Shown here: positions 10,950-20,558 of the stretch, one piece after another
How positions within the stretch are numbered: position 1 is the first letter of the stretch
Layout of the letters: each line of letters opens with the position of its first letter
NCBI GenBank assembly: GCA_023334545.1
Contig: JAADVB010000008.1
Span: forward strand, 1-64,000
From: Salisapilia sapeloensis CBS 127946
Lineage: Eukaryota; Protista; Oomycota
Direction of reading: 5' to 3'
Length of the DNA stretch: 64,000 bases
Made by a program: the position numbers and the translations under genes
Notes under the pieces: generated by a model
Database searches by the model: none
What the model was told of the DNA's origin: nothing
Seen by the model: the letters and a program-made list of their open reading frames with translations, nothing else

Positions 10950-12094
10950 CTATTTTCGATGACTTTGCTTTAGTTTCCGTCGAGCTTTATGGCTCATGGG
11001 TCTCCTATTCGCGTCGGCAGGACCTGTCCGGAGGTGGAGAGCATTCATACTGGAGCTTAAGGAAGACGGATCTTCTCGAGGCAATGTCGTTGCTCGAGTC
11101 TCTCGGACGTGAGAGGAGTTTTCTGTGACAGTATGACTCTTCGCTCGGTCAGTCGGCTGCTGTTCCTTCCCTTTCCAACGCTTCGCAAGGTCTTGTGGAC
11201 GTAGTCCATCAATATCGAGAGAAATCTCTTTTGGTGGACGATCAAAGGCGTCGTCACCCATGGCTCGAACACTGTCATAGTGTTCACTTCCAGTGTAGGC
11301 AACATTAATGACCTTGCGAGGAACTTTTTCGCATTCAATAACGACGTGAGAGCCTTGCTGATGCACGACCACGTACACACGGAAGTAACAAGCTGCTCCA
11401 AACAGCTCCAAGTTTCCTCCCCAAGTTCCCTGCTCCATCATGCGCTTTATATACTAAAGGAGGATGACTGTTAGAATAAGGAGGATGGAGAGGAGATGCA
11501 GTACATACATGGTCGAAATCTTCTTCATCTTCCATGAACGGTTCAAAATCAGTCCGATGGGCATTCACGTATTCGCAAATACGCTACTGCAGCAAGCATT
11601 TATGTCAGTTTATAAGTACTAGAGGTAGTTAGATGTGGAAAGCTGGATACCACCTTTCGAATGGCAAAGTGCTGTTCTTGGTCACCAAAGAGTTGGTCTC
11701 CAAGGGCTCTACAAGATGGTAGGTAAATAGATGAGATCGTTATAAACGTACACTCTAAAAGATCACTAGGCTAGGTACTGCACGGACCTGAACAAGCAAT
11801 TACCATCTGCCTCCACTTCCTACATCCAGATAGATCATTGAGTACTCGATCTACGTGCATACATACTGCATAGATATAATGCTTGTTTTACATGTAGTTG
11901 GCATCCTATAGAAGTGAGTTGCCGACGCATATTAATCACGTCTTCATCGTCCGACTCGCTGCTAGCAGATCGCCTTCGCCGATGTTTGGATTTACCAGCA
12001 GCATGCGTCTTCCCACTTGACTTTTTCAGTCTCTACACCATCCAGATACATTCAATGAGATGGAAACATCGACGAAAGCTAGCAGGCTTACCAT
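10950..12094 (-). CDS. OTU-family deubiquitinase (OTUD3-like); 6 exons, the first coding exon being only the ATG
   Basis: Spliced: M-RLKKSSGK...EVEADGNCLFR-ALGDQLFGDQ...FEPFMEDEEDFDH-YIKRMMEQGTWGGNLEL...HYDSVR. Catalytic Cys and His motifs are present. Confidence 0.85.
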
Positions 12095-12264
12095 TGTGTC
12101 TTTCTTGGACGCTAGTCGTACCTTTTTGGCCACCATCTCGAGCTATCGGACGCAACAATGTGACGACAGGGATTCCGTAGCGAATTTTGTAGATCGCCGC
12201 TAAATGCGGATGTTAATACGAGATCATTGTCCACCAACCGTAATTGCATGGAATAAGCCCATTC

Positions 12265-13233
12265 ATGGTGGCTACTCGACGTTCACGCAGACTGCAAGGG
12301 CAGGAAGAAGAAACGAAGTCTTTACCAGCAATTGCTAGCAAGAAAAGTACAAAAGCAATAACTGAGAAAATGGGCGGAAGAAATTCCAAGCCAGATATGT
12401 CAACGAAGGATGCAGCCGAAGTAGATGCTGTGTCTTCGACGTTGGAGAGTAGAAGTGACGAGAACACTTCTTCGGAAGAAGTGATTGCGTTGGATAGTTA
12501 TTTAGATGCCGAAGGTAGTAAAGAGAAGGAGGAGGATGTGCTGGTGCTCGATAGTGCGAGTGACAATGAAAGTGAAAAGGCAGTCGAGAGTGCACCGAGT
12601 GAAGAGAATATCGATGCGTACGTCGACTTTGCTACGTCCAATCTAAACTTTGATGCACCAGCGTCCACTTCCAAAGCGAAGAAGCCAACTCGCAAATTGG
12701 TACCGGACACACTTGACAGTGGAGCAGCATCGAAGACGTCGTACTTTGATTTTGAAAGTAAAAAGGATGTGGCGAATGGTACGCAACTATCGGCGTCTCA
12801 GCGTGATCAGGAAGACGATAAGAATCTAAAGGCTGAGTTGAACGTCCGAGCGCATGCAAAGGTCCAGCAAGCACAAAGCAAGTCTACAAGTGACGCTGGT
12901 CACAAATGGTTCGGCATGGCATCGCATGAACTGACGGCCGAAGCCAAGCGTGACTTTGCGCTCTTACGCATGCGAAACTACTTGGATCCGAAGAAATTTT
13001 ACAAGACTTCGGACCATGGAAAGAAGGGCATGCCGAAGCATTTCCAACAAGGTGTGGTCATCGAAGGCACGACGGAAGCCAAGAACATGAGGCTGACGAA
13101 GCGCCAGAGACAAAAGACGTTCACGGAGGAAGTGATGGCCGATGAAGGTATCCAAGGCTACACGAAGCGTGTGTTTACGCAGATCCAGAGAAGTAGAGCA
13201 GGTCGTCCTGGTAAGAAGCGAAAGACGAGATAG
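12265..13233 (+). CDS. FCF2: Fcf2/DNTTIP2-like pre-rRNA processing protein
   Basis: C-terminal Fcf2 domain KWFGM...KRDFALLRMRNYLDPKKFYK...FQQGVVIEG...RLTKRQRQKTFTEEVMAD. Start placed at MVATRRS. Confidence 0.88.
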   Translation: MVATRRSRRLQGQEEETKSLPAIASKKSTKAITEKMGGRNSKPDMSTKDAAEVDAVSSTLESRSDENTSSEEVIALDSYLDAEGSKEKEEDVLVLDSASDNESEKAVESAPSEENIDAYVDFATSNLNFDAPASTSKAKKPTRKLVPDTLDSGAASKTSYFDFESKKDVANGTQLSASQRDQEDDKNLKAELNVRAHAKVQQAQSKSTSDAGHKWFGMASHELTAEAKRDFALLRMRNYLDPKKFYKTSDHGKKGMPKHFQQGVVIEGTTEAKNMRLTKRQRQKTFTEEVMADEGIQGYTKRVFTQIQRSRAGRPGKKRKTR

Positions 13234-13266
13234 ATCTTTTTAAAGCGGAATAAATACATGGTTGTC

Positions 13267-16200
13267 TTATTCGCATTCCGACATCGATCGACGTCTCGTC
13301 ATGCTCCGAGCCTTGTCAAACTCCGCGGCATTTGCGACACTTACTGCTCGGCGAAGTCGACCTCGCTCAGCTCGCCGAGCAGCAGCATCCGATGCATCCA
13401 CTTCTCGTTTGGCCTTTTCAAACGTCTATAGCAACAGGTTAGATTCATCGGGTTGTATAAAGAGAAGGCGATGGTACCGTGCAAAAGGAAGCAAGAGTAG
13501 CAAAGAATTCTGTCGGGTCTCGCGTCGGGTCTTCGCCAAAGTAATCAAAGACACCAAACACTTCGGTTTCGGCAGACTGGATAGATGCTTCGAGGATTCG
13601 AATCTCTTTACCAATAGACTCGATCTTTGTGTTGAGTCTCGATATCGCAGCTTCTTCTCCGTCCTATTGATACAAACATGAGGTCATATCCTTTATAGAA
13701 ATAAAAGCGCGATACCTTTTGCAGGTGAGACAGCTCGTTTTGTAGCTTTTCGAATCCAGTATACAGCATCTTGATCGTGTCTTTGATATTCTTAAAGTTC
13801 TCTCGTGCTGCGAGCGGAACGCTTGGTAAGTCAAGTGCAAAGTCGAGAACGGGCGGATGGTTCTTGTGCGCTAGGCGCACAAGATAGTGCAATACAGTCG
13901 TGCGTTTATTCACAGCCTTTGTCTGACCAAGTCGGAGTAGGGAGTCGACTTTAAAACCTCGAATACTGTCCTCTTCTCCATCTCCACCTCCATTTAGTCG
14001 ATTCCCGAGTTTCAAGACCATGCTCAATAGCTTTTTCAACCGCTTGCTACTCTTAACTTGTTCACAAGCGTCGACTACATGACTTGCTGACGTTCCGATA
14101 TCGTTCTTTTGCGATGGAAAGGACAATGTGAATAGCAGACATTCCGTTCGAGATGCATATCGAGGTACTTGAGCGATTTCTACAATAAACTTTTCAGCTT
14201 CACCGAGAATCGTCACGTCGCCAGTGTACTCATTCACTTTCTTCACTTCCTCCGACGTCGGAAGGTATCCGTTGATCGCACTAATCTGCTCGAGTGTCAG
14301 TCGAGAAGCGTCAAAAGACCGGATCGAGTCTGCAATCTCATGATGGGCCATCTTGATCGTAGCGAGTGTAATCGCGAGGTTCATGGCTTTTTTCCCATCA
14401 ATCAACGTCACGCTCTTAGGTCTCGCTACTTTTTCGGAGTTCTGACGCTTGCTCGAGGAAGGTGGTTGGGCATTAGCAAAGAACAGCGATTCGAGTTCAT
14501 CGACGTCTAACTCGAACTCCGTATCGGCTTCGTTATCATCTTCCCAAATCGTCTGAGACCGGAGGTTACTCAGTCGTTCTTGAGAAATTGGTTGCCAGTG
14601 CAGTTTCTTTCGACGATTCGGCTTGACTTCGACTTTCGCCTTGACAGACGTAGCGTCAGATGCAAGTGCATCAGGACCGAGATCCAACACGCTGTCGTTC
14701 AAACCGTCCAGTGTCATCTTATGCTTCACTGCTCCTTCTGGTAGTCCCATCTTAAGCATCTTAAAGTACTTTCCAAACACCAGATCGTCTTTTAATCTCC
14801 CATTTCCGGCATCCGAAGTCGGTTTCTTTTCAGATGTGGCTTCAGCAGGCTCTTGCCTCTCCTCTATGACTTGACTTGGCGTAGAGGATCGATCACTAGT
14901 ATCTTGCTTCTTAGGGGCGACTGGCTTCGTCGCTACCTTGTTCCGTTTCGCGAGGAGCTGAGAAAGCATCGCTGATCGTGCGTCCGTCGGCTCTTCTTTC
15001 GCTCCTTCTTCCTTATTGTCGAATCTTTGTGGCTGGTCCTGACTAGATGTTGCAGTACTTTCCCCTACTGGTGGCGTCTCTGGACCAGGTGAAGGTTTTC
15101 GAGCGGCTAGTAACTGACTCAACATGCCAGCTTTCGGCTCTGCTGTTGAAGGTTCCGATTCGGGTGTATGAGCGGACACTTGATCCTCTTCATTTTTTGA
15201 AGTGTCTACTACGGGCGAGGATTTCCGTGCTGCTAGTAACTGGTTCAGCATATTTGCTCTTGCATCTGGTGCAGGAGCTTTTACTTCGACATTAGGAGTG
15301 GACGCTTGCTTCTCTTCGATGTCTGCAGTCTCTTGAACGGAAGAAGCTTCGCTTACTTGGGCATCATGTGAAGGTTCCCGAGCTGCTAGGAGCTGACTTA
15401 GCATAGCAGCTCTTGGATCTGCTACATGCACTTTGAATTTGAGACTAGAGGACACATCTTCTTGCTCACTCGATACAGCTTGCACATCTGGTGCCTCTGT
15501 ATCCGATTCGGGTATGATACTTGCGTCCTCTTGACCAACTTCGTCAGGAATTGGAGTGTCTTTGACTTGATCTTTCATCGTGTCTTCATTCCATGTATCG
15601 TCTGTATAATCCGAGCTCCTGCTGTCGTGTGAAGCCACAACAGAAGCGCTTACAGAGTCCGATGACAGTGGTGGTGGTGGAAGATTGGACATGGCAGCAA
15701 TATTAAGTAAATCATCAATAGACAAGTCACTATTTCGTAAGAAGGTTCCGAGTTCACGTAGCTTGCCAGAGTGCGTATTGGTCGGTGGTGAAAGATCCAT
15801 AGGCACATCAACGATGCCGCACATATCACATTGCCAGTTGCCAAAGTACTTTTGAATGTACGCATCGTGATTTGTCCGATCATTCATCGTCATGAATCCA
15901 AAAGGTATTTTGGGCAACCCGACACAACCGGTATGGAAGTTCTTGTGGCAATCACCTTTACATGTAATCAACTGTGAACGTGTCAAGTAGTCGTCTTCTT
16001 CACATACACTACAGATATCAATCGATGTAGGCTGTGAATGGCGCTTAGCAGACTGTAGCGCTACTACCTCTGCAGTAGTTTGCTTTGGCATTAATTCCTT
16101 TAACGGATTCGTTGTGAAGGATTTCCAGCCTCTGCCACTATCTACCTCTTCCAATGATGCCTCTGCTGGTGTTTGCTTTGGAAAACATACTTGTACGCCA

Positions 16201-17664
16201 GGAGATTCCAGTAATTCAAGAGCTGCATCAAGTCGATTGTTCGTCTTCTGTAGAGCGAATGTAACTGTACTTGGATGGTACCCCATTTTGGTAATACTGG
16301 CGTATAGCAATGGATCTGGGAGGACGGTATGGTGCTTTGCAATCTCAATGATACCTTGTCGAACGGCTGCATTACCTGTTAAATTCACTTGAACGTCGCT
16401 ATCTGCGCTGGCCTTGTCATCATTGTGTAGTACAAGGTCGACAGAGAAGGTTTCTTCGTCAAAAGCATGCTCATATTGCTTCATCATGTCTAGGTCTTTC
16501 TTTTCAAGTGTGAAGAGACCAGCACGATGGAACCAAGTCGAGTCGACGTATCGAAAGAGGACTTTAGAAGCCGTGTCAATGTCATCTGCATCTTCATATT
16601 CGTCTCCAAAGGAGCAGAGGATGGAAAACCCACCGCAGATGTGAACACCAGTTTCCCACATTATCGCCAGGAAACCTTCCTCTGTATCCCATTCAATGAC
16701 AGGTCGATGTTCTCGACTGTCATGAGTGAATGGATGGTCTTCCGAGGAAAAAATCATGCGGTGGTCATCCCACATCTGTATACACGGTTGCAATTCTACC
16801 GGTAGTCCTCTCATAATGAGAGCTTTGAACACCATCGGCTGGTCATTTCGTATTCCAGGGTTTTCGATTAAAGCATGGAAGTGATGGAGAAATCGTTGGA
16901 GCGACGGTGGGGTCTTGGAGCTCAGACCGTCGGTTGTAAGTGCATCCATCTCCCATCGCTGTCGATAGAAACTAGCGAAAGCTTGCATCGGATCATCTTC
17001 CAAGTGTATAAACAATAGGTAGCAAGCGACAAGGACTCCGCTTCGTGTCTTTCCGGTGGTACATTGGATAATGGCGACATTGTCCGGGTCAAAAGATAGC
17101 CAGGAAAAGAGAGCATAGCAGATTTGGAACATGAGTTCGAGAGGAGGTGTGTGTGACTTGATACCGTCTCGGTCCCAACTAAAATCTAAGAGCTGTTCAT
17201 GCAGTTTAGAAGCTATTTTCACAGAAGATGGTCTCGTATCAAACTTGACGGTCGTCCAGAACTGATCCATACCCTAAAGTTGATCCACAGGCAAGTTAGT
17301 ACGTGTATCGAATGGACAAGATTGATTCATTTATATGTACCTTTGGTTCATTGGTGGGCACGTTGTCATGCTCCAAATCTGCTTCAATTGCGTTTAGATT
17401 AAATAGGAGGTAATGTCCTTTGTGGTAATGCTCAAGGTACGATGCTAGGTCGTTCACATTGACTTTATTGGCTTTCTTGTCCGTCGGACCAAAGACAGAG
17501 CTGCCAACCAGGAGCAATCGATCTGCTACCTCGGTCGCTTCAATCACCGATTCCGGTGTCGAAGCGAACTTTTGAGGTAATAGATTCGTCGAACTCATTT
17601 GTAGTCCGAGATGCAGCGAGCTACTATCTAACATAGAGCTCGTAAAGCGTCGTAGTGAATCCAT
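13267..17664 (-). CDS. Multidomain formin: PTEN-like phosphatase + C2, UBA-like, PHD finger, 4 WH2-like helices, CCDC53-like motif, FH2; 4 exons
   Basis: FH2 hallmarks RKKLHWQPI, LIDGKKAMNLAITL, VLKLGNRLNGG and GFKVDSLLRLGQTK. N-terminal QCTTGKTRSG loop. The C4HC3 finger is at ~15820-16015. Exons joined by GT-AG introns near 17275-17340, 13670-13725 and 13430-13485. Confidence 0.9.
14945..15420 (-). repeat. Four spaced copies of a (D/E)xR/KxxMLxQLLA(A/K)R peptide in the formin
   Basis: DPRAAMLSQLLAAR, DARANMLNQLLAAR, EPKAGMLSQLLAAR and DARSAMLSQLLAKR. Confidence 0.9.
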
Positions 17665-17895
17665 AATGGCGTGTTCTCTCGTCGAACGTGGTCGGAATGG
17701 CTATCAAACTGCTAGTCATGCCTCTCCCGTAAAACTAAATTATTGTACATACAAAATATAAGATAAAGAAGTTTACAAAGAAGTATAAAAGGTGTGTACA
17801 TCGGATTAATCTTGAAAGGGTGGAAAGTTGGGTTGGGACTGAAATAGATGCATGAACGGCATCTTCCCAGCCAATTTGGTACAAGCAAGTGTGTC

Positions 17896-18761
17896 ATGGG
17901 TGATAACGATAGAGAGTCTGTGCACAATCAGAATGAAGAAGTATGGAAAGCGTTTGGTTCTGACACTGAGGCAGGAAGGTTGCTAAAGAAACTGTATGGC
18001 GGGTCGACGAAACCTCAGATTGCCTATCCTAGTACGTTTAGTGCCTTTCATCTTCTTGTCCATCTTGTTATACGAATGTGTGTCAATCGAGTAGAAGTTC
18101 GAACGAAAGTAAAAGCTCTAGTCAATAGCCCGTTTGTTCCTGCTGGTGGCAAGGCTGAGCTGTCATCACGGAGCAAGACTCATGCTACCAAAACGTCTGA
18201 CCGAGCGATTAACGTTCCTACCTTCCGTCCTGGATATGCCGCTACAAGTCGCTCATACGTCTCACGTGGTAGAAAGCCACTTTCTGTAATCGAAAGAGAA
18301 TGGCAAGACATGCGCATGCAGTTAGAGGCATACCGTCGCTCATGTCCGAAGACGAAACCTCCGAATCAAGATAAAGAAAAGCTGCAGCACACGTTTTCCT
18401 ATACGAATGGAAACATCTTACCTAGTGAAATGCTACCTGGAGCAGGTATATACCTCTACTAGACTGTACAAATGGGTATTCACCAATACTTGATGTAGAT
18501 CTGCTTCAGCAAGATTTATCACATGCAAACAACAAGCTGCATGGAAATCAATCAAAAGATCGATTGACGCAACTGTATGAGCTGTATGACGCTGTGATGG
18601 CAGAAATTGAAGACAGAAAGCAATATATGCAAGAGATGGTCGCTCTAGGGCAGGCACACAAGGTGCAGAATGTCGAAGAGGATATGCTACATCGAATGAC
18701 TGAAGTGCGTCAAGTGGATAAACTCATCGCAGAGGAAAAGAAGAAGCAACAGCAAGAATAG
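17896..18761 (+). CDS. UPF0193/EVG1 (C22orf23)-like protein; 3 exons
   Basis: The C-terminal LYELYDAVMAEIEDRKQYMQEMVALGQ...MTEVRQVDKLI resembles the EVG1 pattern. GT-AG introns join 17896 to stop 18759-18761. Family assignment is from memory only. Confidence 0.55.
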
Positions 18762-18838
18762 ACTAAAGCAAATGCATTCGATTGACCTCGTTTCAATTCG
18801 CCAATCGTAAAATTTGTCAAAAACATTGATTCATGAAG

Positions 18839-20443
18839 TTACAGGTCGTTCGTGTCTTGACTGACAGGTCGTTTCTTCTCCGGGTGGATGAAGACACTCC
18901 AAAAGCACTTGTCAAAGATACGTTGAGCTCCTCGAAAGTAAGGAAGCTGAAGATATAACAAGACGAGCAGTTTGATGTGGTAAAAGAACGGCAGCCAGGA
19001 AAAGCTCAGTCCGATCGATGTGTAGACGTAGTTCACAGGTACAACGACGCAGTAGTATGCAAGCCATGGCTCATACCGTCGCTTCGTGCCATTCGCCAAT
19101 GCCTCCATCAGTATGTGAGCTGGAAAACCAAAGGCGAGCAGCATGCAAGCACGAGCAGTCATAAAGCCGGGAGTACCTAAGAACAGGAGCGCAGCAAGAG
19201 CTGGTCCTTGCGCCCACGCGTCTTTGATCCAGTGAACGTGAGCTTCTGGTAGGACACCTGTAGCTACCAGGACGCGAATGATGACATTGTGCTTGCTATT
19301 GGCATCGTCCTCGTCGTCACTATCCGGTTGACTCGCCCTACGGACTCTTTCAAAAGTAGCGTTGAGCTTGTGTGCGTACGGATTGATGACCGGCGCTAGG
19401 AGAGCGTAGAGCGTGACGTCTCCACGTGTGAGCGGGGAGTGGACCCAGATGAGACCGAACGTCCGGATTTGCATCGGTAATGTCAATGCCGTGACTGCGA
19501 ATTGAGGCAAGAAAAGCGTGACGAGAGCGATGATGCAGACGGCGAGAGACCAGAGGACCCAGTACTTTAAACAAGATTCGTATGGCAGCCACTCAAAGTG
19601 TGAGCTGCGAATGGATCCGTCTGATTTGATAGCGCTCTTGTTGTTCCTGCTACGAGGTTGGCTGGACGGTTCTTGACTAAACTGCTTTTTCAGGCGTACT
19701 TCTTTCATACGACGATAGCGAATGGTGCCAATGGAACGAAGGAGTGGGTATCCAACAGCAAGGAAATTGACGACACCTTCATTTTGGCAAAAGCGTACGA
19801 AAGGTTCTGGTAGCCACTGCAAGGCAAGATATGCAAGGACTGCATAGATGATATGTGGCAATGCTAGAGCAACAATACGAGATTGTGCACTTAATGAGCC
19901 GACAAACTTCCTGTATCGCATTTGGATATTCCGACGAACAGACAGGTACTGCTGTCGAGCCTTCCTGAAGTATCCTCGACGGATTGCGATCGTCATCAAG
20001 ACAGTTGAGATGGCTAGTACAGCTTGGTAGACTGGATCTAAAGCCGCAACGTAATCTTTCCCGGCTTTAACGCCAGTGATGAAATGAGGAAGAAGCATCT
20101 CGAGGATTGTCGAAATGGCACGCACAATCGGGACTGCTAGAAGTGACAGGAACACAACCCATAGATAAACAAACTCATAGGTACCCACACACGCCTTTAA
20201 TAGTGCATCTCCAATGGCATTCCAGTCCGTCTGTCGTGCAAACTCTGGCAATCGTATCTGTTCTCGCCACTCCGTTTGGAGTGTCTCGAGCTGGAAAAAC
20301 ACAGACAGCTTCTTATCCGTCTCAATATCATAAGGTATGGCTCCGCCTATCGCAGGACTATTGTCAGATGCACAAGTGACTGTAGTAGACACCAGCAAAA
20401 GGTAGATAGCCAGGAGGAGACGCATCCGATCCTTTGCTGCCAT
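18839..20443 (-). CDS. TB2/DP1/HVA22 (REEP-like) multi-pass membrane protein with N-terminal signal/TM
   Basis: Two HVA22-like segments: CLKYWVLWSL... and EPWLAYYCVV...WLPFFYHIKLLVLLYLQLPYFRGAQRIF. Start set at MAAKDRMRLLLAIYLLL. Confidence 0.75.
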   Translation of the reverse strand: MAAKDRMRLLLAIYLLLVSTTVTCASDNSPAIGGAIPYDIETDKKLSVFFQLETLQTEWREQIRLPEFARQTDWNAIGDALLKACVGTYEFVYLWVVFLSLLAVPIVRAISTILEMLLPHFITGVKAGKDYVAALDPVYQAVLAISTVLMTIAIRRGYFRKARQQYLSVRRNIQMRYRKFVGSLSAQSRIVALALPHIIYAVLAYLALQWLPEPFVRFCQNEGVVNFLAVGYPLLRSIGTIRYRRMKEVRLKKQFSQEPSSQPRSRNNKSAIKSDGSIRSSHFEWLPYESCLKYWVLWSLAVCIIALVTLFLPQFAVTALTLPMQIRTFGLIWVHSPLTRGDVTLYALLAPVINPYAHKLNATFERVRRASQPDSDDEDDANSKHNVIIRVLVATGVLPEAHVHWIKDAWAQGPALAALLFLGTPGFMTARACMLLAFGFPAHILMEALANGTKRRYEPWLAYYCVVVPVNYVYTSIGLSFSWLPFFYHIKLLVLLYLQLPYFRGAQRIFDKCFWSVFIHPEKKRPVSQDTNDL

Positions 20444-20558
20444 GGTGATCTGGTGATTGTACCATCTGTGTTCTAAGTGAAGAGGTACGTACCACAAATG
20501 TACCTCGCGCCATTTTCCAAATCGCACACCAGAACGTTGCACTTGGTCCGGAGGAAAG

